A DNA stretch of 41,576 nt from Octopus bimaculoides. Taxonomy: Eukaryota. This document shows, piece by piece, positions 24,991-35,833 of this stretch (position 1 is the stretch's first letter; each line of letters starts with the position of its first letter). The position numbers and the translations under genes are program-made. Where the stretch lies: contig NC_068987.1 in NCBI RefSeq assembly GCF_001194135.2, positions 91,151,153-91,192,728 on the forward strand, in the 5' to 3' direction. The notes under the pieces were generated by a model. The model was not told the DNA's origin. It was given only the letters and a program-made list of their open reading frames with translations, and ran no database searches.

Positions 24991-25303
24991 TGCCGAAACT
25001 TGAGAGCGATATTTGTTTTTGTTTATTATTGTTGTCGGTGATTTATAGCGACATCTTTGATAGCGTTTGCAATTGTGATAATGGTGATGGTAACGATGGG
25101 GAAGCCTGGCACGTGGTGAAGATGGTAGTGGCGATAATGGTGGCAATGCTGGTAACGTTCGCGATGGTAGCGAAGTAATGGGTATAGGGATAGAAAGAGT
25201 TGAAATGGTTGTTGTTGTTATCATTGCCACCATCACTGCTGCTGCTGCTGCTGCTGCTGCTGTGGTTCCGCTTGTCGTTGGTTCCTGCCATCCATTTTCT
25301 AGT

Positions 25304-25337
<34 letters not shown>

Positions 25338-26044
25338 CCGTCGTCGACATCATTCTTGTCATCGTGATTGTTTTTATTGGTTTTCTTCTTACGTTTGTTA
25401 TTCTTGGCGGTGGTTGTGGCGGTGGTTGTGGCGGTTGTAAAGATAGTGGTCATCGAAGTTGTTTGTGGTGTGGTTGTCAAAGAAAATAATGGTTCCTTAA
25501 AATACTTAATGGATCTTCAGACAAAATATACAAAAAAAAAAAAAAGAATAAAAAAGAGAACAAACAAAAGATATACCGAAATAGACAATAAAATAAAAGA
25601 AATCCGTTAAAGAACACAACACGACATCCGAACTTCTGGGATCATTGTAAATGAAATAATTATGGAGGAAAAGAGGGGGAAAAAACAACAAAACAAAGAA
25701 AACAAGGTAAATCAAGATGGAGGCTAAAATATACAAACAAAACAAACGTATAAGAAAAGATATAAAAAAGAACAGTAAAAACAAACAAAAGAGGAAGTTT
25801 ACGTGTTGAAATATGTTGTGGTGGATATCGACTGGAGTTAATGACATATAAAGGAGGCTAATGAAAAATGAAAATACATTTTGTGGAAGGATTTCTTGTA
25901 TGTGTGTGTGCGTGTGTATGTATGTATGTGTGTGTGTGTGTGTGTGTGTTTACGTGCGTGTGTACGTGCGTGTTGAGTTTTATGTCTATAAGATATCATT
26001 AGGAAATTGTCCATAAGGAAAAAAAATCACGGCATACACAGACC

Positions 26045-26047
<3 letters not shown>

Positions 26048-26120
<73 letters not shown>
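26048..26120. repeat. (CA)n microsatellite
   Basis: Seen directly in the sequence. Confidence 0.95.
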
Positions 26121-26138
<18 letters not shown>

Positions 26139-26763
26139 AGCCTACACCCCCATACATACGCACACATGTGCACACGCACACATGTGCACATGAACACACA
26201 CACACATGTCTGTATCTGTGTATGCAGTCTTCTAGTTTGAAAATCAGCTTTGCGTGACATTTGTGATAAGTGGGAATCGTCCATCAAAATCTTTCTATTT
26301 TGTCATCAATGCCAAAAGCTAAGCAAGAAATAAATGCGTAACTATAATGATAGACATATAAGGGAAAAGCGAATGAGAGGAAACGAGAGAGAGAGAGAGA
26401 GAGGGAGAGAGAGAGAGAGAGAGAGAGAGAAAAGAAAGAGAGAGAGAGAAAGAGAGAGGGGGAGAAGTAAGAGAGTGAGAGCCACACAGGCAAACTGAAT
26501 GAAAGAGAAAAACAGGAAAAATAAGAGTTAGAGCTTTAGAAGTTGAGGCTCAAAATACTTGGCTAACGGGTTTTCGTTCCCTGAAGACCTTCTGCTGTTC
26601 AGGTCCTTTGAGAGTTTCTCACCACAACTCTATTTGTTTGTAGTTCTATATCTCATAAGTAAGCTAACCAGATAGTTTATCAAGTTGATAGAAAGATAGA
26701 AAAGAGACATTTTCATTATTTACATTATTTGACGGATATTTGTCCTCATCTTTGTTTGTTGTT

Positions 26764-26809
26764 AACACAACGTTTCGGCTGATATACCCTCCAGCCTTCA
26801 TCAAGTGTC
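26764..26809 (-). ncRNA. Minimal type I hammerhead ribozyme motif (left arm; C3>U)
   Basis: The minus strand reads GACAC-TTGATGA-A-GGCTG-GAGGGTATAT-CAGCC-GAA-ACGT-T-GTGTT. Stem I (GACAC/GTGTT) and stem II pair, helix III is the palindromic ACGU, and the cleavage triplet is GUU. Confidence 0.7.
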
Positions 26810-26859
26810 TTAGGGAAATTTCGAACCTGGGTTCTCATTCCTAAGTTATTTTTCGATGT

Positions 26860-26895
<36 letters not shown>

Positions 26896-26944
26896 CATAA
26901 TAATAATGACATGAATAATAATAATTATTATTATTATTATTCAT

Positions 26945-27009
26945 GTCACTGCCTGGAATCGAACTCGGAATCTTGGGGTTAGTAGCCTGCGCTCTTAACC
27001 ACTACGCCA
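26945..27009 (-). promoter_or_regulatory. tRNA-derived Pol III head (left arm)
   Basis: A box TGGCGTAGTGG and B box GAGTTCGATTCC. The T-stem does not pair, so this is not a functional tRNA. Confidence 0.7.
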
Positions 27010-27010
27010 T

Positions 27011-27082
27011 ATGCCCGTGGCGTAGTGGTTAAGAGCGCGGGCTACTAATCCCAAGATTCCGATTTCGATTCCAAGCAGTGAC
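27011..27082 (+). promoter_or_regulatory. tRNA-derived Pol III head (right arm), resembling tRNA-Ser(GCT)
   Basis: GTGGCGTAGTGGTTAAGAGCGCGGGCTACTAATCC compares with the tRNA-Ser pattern GTGGCCGAGTGGTTAAGGCGATGGACTGCTAATCC. The B box is degenerate (ATTTCGATTCC). Confidence 0.65.
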
Positions 27083-27083
27083 A

Positions 27084-27129
<46 letters not shown>

Positions 27130-27181
27130 CAACGTCGAAAAATAGCTTAGGAATGAGAACCCAGGTTCGAAATTTCCCCAA

Positions 27182-27223
27182 GAAACTTGGTGAAGGCTTG
27201 GAGGGTATATCAGCCGAAACGTT
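27182..27223 (+). ncRNA. Degenerate hammerhead motif (right arm)
   Basis: TTGGTGA-A-GGCTTG-GAGGGTATAT-CAGCC-GAAACGTT. The core is mutated and the stem I 3' strand is deleted relative to the left arm. Confidence 0.5.
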
Positions 27224-27642
27224 AACAACAAACAAGATGAGGACAAATATCCGTCAAACGTAAATAATGTAAATAATGTACATAATTCCTCATCTCTTAA
27301 GTATAGAACTCTAAGAGACATTTTGTTAATTCTAATGAGGCATTAAAAAATTTGGTAATTTAAATTTTTGTTAAACAGATCATAAGATTTATGTCTGGTG
27401 AACGATATCGGTGATAGAATCTGCACAGTTAAATATTTACAAATTTATGGAGCATGGCCCTTGTCGATGTATATCGAGGAAGACGTATGTCTATAAATTT
27501 AGCGAGACGCCTATTTAGCCATCACACCTATTTAGAGATATTAGTCGATAGGTCAATGACCAAAGATCAATCGTACGATTAACAAACTGACAGATCGATC
27601 AGCTCGACAACAAACTCTGCCAAATTCAATCAGCCAGAACAT

Positions 27643-27643
27643 C

Positions 27644-27708
<65 letters not shown>
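27643..27708. repeat. (CAA)n microsatellite
   Basis: Seen directly in the sequence. Confidence 0.95.
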
Positions 27709-27711
27709 GAG

Positions 27712-28425
27712 TTTCTGATTTTGACACATGGCCATCAAATTTAAGGGGAGGGGTTTAACCGATGCCGTCGACCTCAAAACACTACTGGTACTATTTTATT
27801 GACCCCTAAAAAATGAAGGCAAAGTTGACCATGACAGGATTTGAACTCAGAAAGTAAAAAGTTGGAACAAATCCTACAAATAAACATCTTCGGTGTTCTA
27901 ACGATTCTCCTGGCTCACCGCCCTAGTGATGGTTATGATGATGATGATGATGTTGATGACGATTAAGGCAACAACTGCCTCAACGACTACAATAAGAACA
28001 GCAAGAATGGTTTCCAATTTGGCCCAAGGCTAATGCTTTCTGGGATGGGGTGGTGTGGTATGTCGATTACATCGACCCACAGGACTCAACTGGTACTTAT
28101 TTTATCGACCCCGAAAGGATGAATGGCAAAGTCGACCTCGGCGGAATTTGAACTCAGAACGTAAACACGAACGAAATGCCGTTAAGCATTTTGTCCGACG
28201 TGCAAACAGTTTTGTTAGCTCGCCGCCTTATCGTAATAATGGTTTCAAATTTTGGCACAAGGCCAGCAACTTCGAGGAAGGGGGTTGGTCAGTCACATCG
28301 ACCCCCGCCACTTGATCAGTACTTATTTTATCGGCCTCGAAAACGATGAAAGGCGAAGATGATCTCGCGAAGATTTGAACTCAGAACACTAAGAAGTACC
28401 GCATGGCATTTTACCCGGCGCTTAA
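27712..28425 (-). mobile_element. Three co-oriented family M SINE copies (27712-27924, 28008-28230, 28236-28425)
   Basis: Each contains the GAATTTGAACTCAGAA / ATCGACCCCGAAAGGATGAA body. Confidence 0.85.
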
Positions 28426-28744
28426 GAAGCAAAGATAGGAGAATTAAATCAAACGCATACAAATACTTTGGAATGAATGAACCAGACGTTATACATTACA
28501 AATAAATGAAGTAAAAGTGAGCAAGGAATGTTGAGGATACAGCGGGTCATTATTGAAAACAGAGCCAACTGCAAAAAATATGATAATCGCTGTCAAAAGT
28601 TTAGTTGTACTACCATTAATAAATTATATTCAAGTGGCAGCTAGACTAGATAGGAAAACAAGAAAATAATGAATACTAGAAAGATTATATTTACCTGGAA
28701 TACAGAAAGGAAGATATCTTCAGAAACTAGATAATTATTATAAA

Positions 28745-29697
28745 ACTAGCATACCCGTGTCGTCAAAAATGCCGAGAGTTTTTTTTTTTAATGATTGGAA
28801 ATGGTGCATCAAAACCAAGGAACAAACCATTGATACATGTCAGCAATCGACTAAATATATGTACATACATAGCATCAGCGGTCACGCGAAGTTTACGTTG
28901 TTTTTCGGTCTAGGTAGCTCGCGCAGCACAAGCGGTACGGCAAAGTTTACGATTGTCTACAGTATGGGCAGCTCATGCAGCAGCATCAATGGTCAGGCGA
29001 AGTTTACATTGAACTTAGGTCTGGTCAGTTCGTGCAGCAGCAGTTGACGCAACATCAGCAGTCCGGCGACGTCGACGCTGGTGTTCAGTCGCTATCGCTC
29101 ATGCAGCAGCGATTGTTATAGCATTTCTTGTGAGGCGAGTGGTTCGTTGGTCATTGTTTTTGAGTGCTCTTGTAATGGCCTACGTTCAGCAATTTGCGAG
29201 CGTCTAATAGCAGTTTCCAGTGACGATTCATTTGCTCACACTAACAGACACGTGCACACTCATACACTGGGACACATACACTGAGAGACACACACACGCA
29301 CATACGGAATGTGATGTAAAATTCATTGGGAACAGACAGACAGTTGTGATAACAGAAAAACACACAGACAAACAAAACACATGCATTAAATGTTAATTTA
29401 AGAGTAACTGTAAATACTTTGCAACGTTGCAACTGGTACGATATGAAACAATATAAAAGTGAAACAATATTCAAAGTGAAAGAAGAAAAGTGAAAGTATT
29501 ATATCATTACAATGTAGATGCTATTGTTTCACTTTTGACACGGAATAACGAACCAGAGTAAGAGATTGTTCAGGGCCCGCATTAGGCAAGAAGTCGAAAA
29601 CTTTTCTGACCCGTGACACTGCATGGACCCCTAAGTAAGGCATGTGTAAAATTTGAATGAAATCGCTTGGGTAGTTCTCGAGACAGACAGATATTTT
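28745..29697 (-). mobile_element. Probable internally deleted Helitron
   Basis: The minus strand ends ...GACACGGGTATGCTAG|T after a decayed hairpin (CGTCA-AAAA-TGCCG on the plus strand). The other end has AAAATTTGAATGAAATCGCTTGGGTAGTTCTCGAGACAGACAG, typical of non-autonomous Helitrons. Internal 57 bp repeats decode to TEKQRKLRVTADA-like units. Confidence 0.5.
28871..29045. repeat. Three degenerate ~57 bp GC-rich tandem repeats
   Basis: AAGTTTAC recurs at about 57 bp spacing (near 28889, 28943 and 29000), together with GCAGCA motifs. Confidence 0.8.
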
Positions 29698-29773
29698 CGA
29701 AGGGTTATACTCTTTATGTTGCATGTCTCATTACTCTGTTTGTTTTTTCGTTGTTCAAAAATACAGGTACAAC

Positions 29774-29812
<39 letters not shown>

Positions 29813-29931
29813 ACTTGGGGATGGTCATATTGCCAGTTTAGCCAATAAAAACACACGCACTGTATATTTGGTGTTAATTTTTTTTTTTTTTCAGCTTTAT
29901 ATTACATTAATCTTAATCTTAATCTTATTTC

Positions 29932-29976
29932 GGCCAGAGTTCTTTCGTCACACTTCTGTGACCTCATCAGTGGTCC
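29932..29976 (-). ncRNA. Minimal type I hammerhead ribozyme motif with intact core
   Basis: The minus strand reads GGACCA-CTGATGA-G-GTCACA-GAAG-TGTGAC-GAAA-G-AA-C-T-C-TGGCC: a perfect 6 bp stem II, a 2 bp helix III, cleavage triplet CUC, and stem I with one bulge. Confidence 0.7.
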
Positions 29977-30479
29977 TTTGTTCCCTTCTTTCTTATGTGT
30001 ATCTCACCTTGCTAACTATCAGCCATTTTGTATTTTGTATTCCTATTGTATGTGTCTACGCATGCGTGTCCTTCTATGTGTCTGTGTNNNNNNNNNNNNN
30101 NNNNNNNNNNNNNNNNNNNNNNNNNNNNNNNNNNNNNNNNNNNNNNNNNNNNNNNNNNNNNNNNNNNNNNNNNNNNNNNNNNNNNNNNNNNNNNNNNNNN
30201 NNNNNNNNNNNNNNNNNNNNNNNNNNNNNNNNNNNNNNNNNNNNNNNNNNNNNNNNNNNNNNNNNNNNNNNNNNNNNNNNNNNNNNNNNNNNNNNNNNNN
30301 NNNNNNNNNNNNNNNNNNNNNNNNNNNNNNNNNNNNNNNNNTTTGTTCCTATTATTGGTTTATGGGTAACATGTTGTCACATGCTGTGGTTTGTTGGCTA
30401 AACTGGCAATATGACCATCCCCAAGTACAACAACATCTGTTTCAACACACGATTTCACATAAAAAATCTTGCAAAACAA

Positions 30480-30517
<38 letters not shown>

Positions 30518-30518
30518 A

Positions 30519-30735
30519 CGAGGTCTGCTCAATAAATATCCGGACTGGTTCTATAGAAACAAAACTACAACACGCACCATTGGCATTTAATCTCCTTCAA
30601 AATAGTCGCCTTTGGAAGCCACACACTTGATCCAGCGCTGTTTCCATTCATGGAAGCATTCCCGGAACTCGTTTTCTGAGATAATGAGATGCTGTCGCGT
30701 CGAATTCACTTTGATTTCTTCGACGTCCTGAAATC
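30519..30735 (-). mobile_element. 3' end of a third mariner element (C-terminus plus TIR)
   Basis: Translates RFQDVEEIKVNSTRQHLIISENEFRECFHEWKQRWIKCVASKGDYFEGD* (stop at 30587). The TIR-like end CGAGGTCTGCTCAATAAATATCCGGAC starts at 30519. Confidence 0.85.
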
Positions 30736-31490
30736 TTTCTTTGCTTTTAAGCACTGCAGTGACAACCATGACTTTGAAACTCAATCTCAACTCATGGTTC
30801 GCCACTTCATCCTTCGTGGATATCCCCTCACCACTATCCACATCGGCCTTGCCAGAGCACTTTCCGTGGACTGTTCTCTCTCCCTGCACCCTCCCCACCG
30901 TTACCCGTCCCCTGTTTCCCCTCACCTACCACTCTGCCTCTCCAACGCACCATTCTCCGAGTCTTCCGGCAATTCCAGTCCGGCCCCAACCTACCCATCC
31001 CCTCCTTCAAACGAGCCTACAACCTACGTGACTTCCTGGTCCACAGTTTCTTCCCTATCCCTAACCCCACCTTCCAACCTGGCTCGTTCCCCTGCTCACG
31101 CCTACGATTCCGCACTTGCCCCTACCTCTCCAACATCACCATCCACACAGGCACCCATCATCGTCCCTATCATATCACTGACTCCTTTACATGCACTTCA
31201 GCAACGTCGTTTACTGCATCTCTTGCTCTTTCTGTCCTTCTCTCTACATCGGTCAAACGGGACGTCACTTGGCTGATCTGTTCACGGAACACCTCCGAGA
31301 TATTAGACTCGGCAACGACGCCCTGGTCTCGTGGCATTTCCACTCTACCGGTCATTCATTACTACACCTGTCTTTGTTTGGATTGTTTTTGCACAGGGGC
31401 CATCCGGACTCCCATCTTCGCCGTGAATAGGAATTAATCTACTCTCTTCGCTCCTTTGCACCACATGGGCTCAACTCCCCTCCCCTCCCC
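30735..31490 (+). mobile_element. Penelope-like element 3' ORF fragment (RT thumb plus GIY-YIG endonuclease)
   Basis: HCSDNHDFETQSQLMVRHFILRGYP, then NVVYCISCSFCPSLYIGQTGRHLADLFTEHLRDIR (GIY-YIG with the CxxC typical of PLEs), then ELIYSLRSFAPHGLN. Frameshifted. Confidence 0.9.
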
Positions 31491-31784
31491 TCTTCGTCTG
31501 ACTCGCCTCCTCTCCCCTTTCTTCATTTCACACCTACTTCCTCACTTCACTCTTACCCACCTCTCCTCTCTTGCCCTGACACCTACTTCCTCTTTTCACT
31601 CCTATCCATCTTCTCCCTTCATCATTACATCCACATCTCAACCCCACCATCCCAACGCATCCCAACCTCACCCCGTCCACCCACCCCACACATCCAACTC
31701 CCACTCCCATACTCTTCAACGCCCTCCACTCCGGATCTTTCCACCACTCCCAGGGAGGCAGTACTATCCACTTTGGGAACCCCT

Positions 31785-32048
31785 GGGTTAGGGCATTCGG
31801 CTCACGATCGCAAGGTCGTAAGTTCAATATTCGGCGGTGCGTTGTGTCCTTGAGCAAGACACTTTATTTCACATTGCTCCAGGCCACTAATTTGGCAAAA
31901 TTGAATTCTGTGTCAAGCTGAACCTCCCTGATACATTAAGGGTATGTGTGTTTGTGGAGTGCTCAGCCAATTGGATGCTAATTTCACAAGCCGGCTGTTC
32001 TGTAGGTCGGATCAGCTGGAACGCTCATCGTCGTAACAGTGTGAGTAC
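31785..32048 (+). mobile_element. CORE-like SINE (family D)
   Basis: tRNA-like head followed by CCTTGAGCAAGACACTTTATTTCAC. Confidence 0.8.
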
Positions 32049-33129
32049 CAGATTAAGTCAAGCGTTACAATTCAACCAGCGTTGATCCAAGACCCAACAA
32101 ATACAGCGAAGAAATTCACCGTTATAATTGTGTCATATGAACAGATGAACTTCAACGATTAAATACTTGCAGGAGTTAGAACTAATGACGAAGTAAGTCT
32201 TTTAATCTTCAGTAAAGATCCATTAATATACCAAGTCTGCTGAAACTAATTCGTTACTTTCGTAGTTTCCTCTTCAATATCAATATAAAAGAAGGAATAT
32301 CAACATCTATTCGGAAATAACACGAATACCTGTATGAATTCGGACAAATAATCAAATGAGACTCTTAATCTGCAGAGGAACTATTAATGTATGAAGGCCA
32401 CTGATACTACCCGCTGCTAAAACGTCTCTTTCTTTTTTCAATATCAGCGCAGTTATAAGTAAACCAAGGAGAAAAAATATCTCTCTCTCCATACGGAAAT
32501 AACAAATCTAAGACTATTCTAAAACACAGTTTTCTGACTTGATTGAAAGGTTCATATAATCGAAGTTCAATATATTTTCATTTTTTTTTCTCTGGTGGAA
32601 GAATTTCTTTTTATCTGCATTTTTTTTTTTTACCATTTTCCATTCTTTCATTTATTATTATCATTTTTTCTTTGGAATGTCTATATTTCCTTGCAAGAAT
32701 TTCTTAGAATCGTTTCTTTGACGGAAATTTTTTTCATCAAAAGGATATAGTATCGTATACACAATAATGGCTGTCTTTGGTGTGATAAGATTCGGGTTGT
32801 TAATAGTTGAGAGGGAAATAGAGAGGCAGCGAAAGAAAAAAGGCTGAACGATGTGTAGGAAAAAGAGAAATAGTCGGAAAAGATACAAGTATTAAAGAAA
32901 AAATATACATCACAATACAAAGAAAGCGGGAGATAAAAAAGAAAAGAAACATCAGTTGAGAATAAACGAGAAAACTGCAAGACCAAAAATCTATTTTTCA
33001 CGTCGATGTAGAGAACAACGATTACAATTGTTGCATCTTTACTCTTTCTGTTTCGCTCTTTTCTTCTGACGATGTATATTTATGTATGGCTATGTATGTG
33101 TGTGTGTGTGTGTGTGTTTCATAGACACA

Positions 33130-33170
<41 letters not shown>

Positions 33171-33378
33171 TTACATATAAGCATACACACAAACGTGTGT
33201 GTACGACATATAAGTACGCAAATATGCTGTATACGTATTTATTTGTCTAAATTGAAGTTGGTCTCTATCTCTTTTTGTCTCGCTGTCTCTCTATCTCTCT
33301 GTCTCTATACACACACTCACACAGACGCACATGCACATACACACATATGTATGCATGTAGGTGTGCATATATATGTGT

Positions 33379-33435
<57 letters not shown>

Positions 33436-33463
33436 TATTACATTACATTATATTATATAGTGT

Positions 33464-33527
<64 letters not shown>

Positions 33528-33757
33528 GTGAAATATGTGATTTAGAAATCCCATAATGCGATTTGAAAGGTTAGAAACTGGGCAGATGTTCGATTTCCCA
33601 TCATAAAAAGAGAGAAAATAGAGTAAAACAACAACAACAAAGAAAGAAAGAAAAAAAAACAGATTAAAACAATCACACACATATACGTATGAATATACAT
33701 ACATACATACATACTATACACATACATATATACATACATATACATACATACTTACAA

Positions 33758-33792
<35 letters not shown>

Positions 33793-33839
33793 TATATACA
33801 CATAAATATATGTATATATATATACACATATATATATAT

Positions 33840-33880
<41 letters not shown>

Positions 33881-33893
33881 CATAGATACATAC

Positions 33894-33926
<33 letters not shown>

Positions 33927-34454
33927 CGTGTTTGTATATGTATAGGTATTAAAACCATTATATAACAAAGTTGGAGGATATAGAAAACATCGAACCAATA
34001 AAGAATTGAATTATGGCACGGACGTAGGACGGGGGTGGTGGTGGTGGTGGTGGTGGTGGTGGTGGAGGTAGACGCTGTGGTGGCGATGGTGATGGTGCTG
34101 GAAGTAGTGGGAGTGACGTTGATCGTTATAGTGGTGGTGGTAGTCGGAGTATTGATGGTTGGAAATGTGGTGGCGGTAGAGCGATGGAGGTGGTGATCTC
34201 GTTGATAGCGACAGTAGTTATCATAGCACGCTGATGGTATGTTAGTAATAGCAGTTGTAGTGGTAACAGTGGTGGTCGTAATGTTAGAGGTATGGGATTG
34301 ATGGTGGTGGTGATGGTGGTGGGGCTTTTATTGGTGGACGAAATATTTGGCAGTGGTGGTCATGTTAGAGAGAGTGGTATTAATGGTAATTGCTGTGATG
34401 AAAAGATAGCAGTGGTGTGAAGGTATTGTCAGTTGTGATGGTGATGGTGATGAT

Positions 34455-34665
34455 GCTGTTGTTGTTGTTTAGCCCTAGGTCAGTGCCAACTAAACACATC
34501 TATGATCAACTACATTCCAAATATGGCCACTTGGTCTTTTACTTGAACATTATTCATCTAGCACGAAATTGTATACAATGTGTCCTTCGTATTTTCAAGA
34601 TGCTATGATGTAATTTGAGGAGATTTCGCAACTATTTCTAGTAGGTCAAGTGATTAAGAGGAAAC
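34455..34665 (-). mobile_element. SINE-like repeat with (AAC)n tail (family E)
   Basis: Shares CTAGAAATA...GAAATCTCC with 41210-41330 (+) and 36040-36230 (-). Confidence 0.5.
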
Positions 34666-34799
34666 TCCCTCAGGTTTCGATAATTTTGGTGGTGGTGGTG
34701 GTGGTAGTGTTGTTGTTTGTTGTTGGTGGTGTTGTTGGTGGTGTTGTTGGTGGTGTTGGTGGTGGTGATGTTGATGGTTGTAGCATTTGTTTGAGTGAA

Positions 34800-35122
34800 G
34801 GCGCATGGCTGAGTGGTTCAGCTCACAATCACAACGGCATGAGTTTGATACGCAACACCGCGTTGCATCCTTGAGCAAGACGCTCTACTTCCCGTTGCCC
34901 CAAACCACTCGGCAGGTAAAAATGAGTTGTACCTGTATTTTAAAAGACCTGCCTTGTTACATTCTGTGTCATGCTGATTCTCCATGAGAACTACATTAAG
35001 GATATGTGTGTCTGTGTCTGTGGCTGTGGGGTGCGCAACCACTTACACGTTAATTTCAAGAGGAAACTGTTCTGTTGATCGGATCAACTGGAACTCTCGT
35101 CGTCGTAACCGACGGAGTACCG
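34800..35122 (+). mobile_element. Full-length CORE-like SINE (family D)
   Basis: GGCGCATGGCTGAGTGGTT A-box head, GAGTTTGATAC B-box remnant, CCTTGAGCAAGAC, and end ...CGTCGTAACCGACGGAGT. Confidence 0.85.
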
Positions 35123-35130
35123 GTTGTTTA

Positions 35131-35421
35131 TTAGAGCTGATAATGCTGGTACTGGTCGCAGTAGTATTGTTGGGGATTGTAGAGCTGGTGATAATGTTTA
35201 TTAGAGGTGATAATGTTGGTATTGTTCGCAGTAGTAATGATGGTTATTGTAGAACTGGTGATATTGCTTGTTAGAGGTGATAATGTTGGTATTGTTTGCA
35301 ATAGTATTGGTGATTGTAGAACTGGTGATAAAGCTTGTTAGAGGTGATAATGTTGGTATTGTTCGCAATAGTATTGGTTATTGTAGAACTGGTGATAATG
35401 TTTGTTAGAGGTGATAATGTT
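35131..35421. repeat. 67/70 bp minisatellite, ~4.2 copies
   Basis: Units start with TTAGAG(G/C)TGATAATG at 35131, 35201, 35271, 35338 and 35405. Confidence 0.92.
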
Positions 35422-35797
35422 GATGTTCATCACAGTGGTGGTTAGTAGAAATATTGTTAATGTTGTTAACGAACGTAGTGTTGTTTACATTGGTAACCAT
35501 AGTGATATTGTGTATATTGGGGGTAGTAGTGGTGGAAGAGGTAGTGGTGGTTGTGGTAGCAGTGTTGTAACATCTGCGGAGATACTAGGAAACGGCTTGA
35601 GATGTTGCTAACAACTGTGATATTGTTTAGTCTCGATCAGTTTTGGTGTAAGAGACCAACTATAAGAATGATAATTAATCAGATTGATCAGTCTTAATTA
35701 ATGTTGACCAATCTTGATCAGTCTTAATCAGTCTTTATCTAAGTAACTTAATATAATAAGGGTAATATGATAATGATAAAAATAATATGATGATAAT

Positions 35798-35833
<36 letters not shown>

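Larger units (their letters stand above)
26714..27312. mobile_element. Palindromic non-autonomous element: two divergent tRNA-like heads, each followed by (AAT)n and a hammerhead motif
   Basis: 26714-27009 is the reverse complement of 27018-27278, with an 8 nt spacer TATGCCCG. A 12 bp direct repeat AAGAGACATTTT lies at 26702-26713 and 27313-27324. Confidence 0.85.

Noticed and set aside
26945-27082. Possible pair of tRNA genes
   Set aside because: The acceptor, anticodon and T stems do not pair properly. They are SINE-type heads only.
28460-28730. Possible minus-strand micro-exon (VSEDIFLSVFQ) plus a second exon after a ~120 nt GT-AG intron
   Set aside because: No recognisable product, the more protein-like frame is out of phase, and such signals are common by chance in AT-rich DNA.
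19426-32048. Both Penelope fragments adjoin a family D SINE
   Set aside because: The relative orientations differ (tail-to-tail versus tandem), and SINE density makes adjacency likely by chance.
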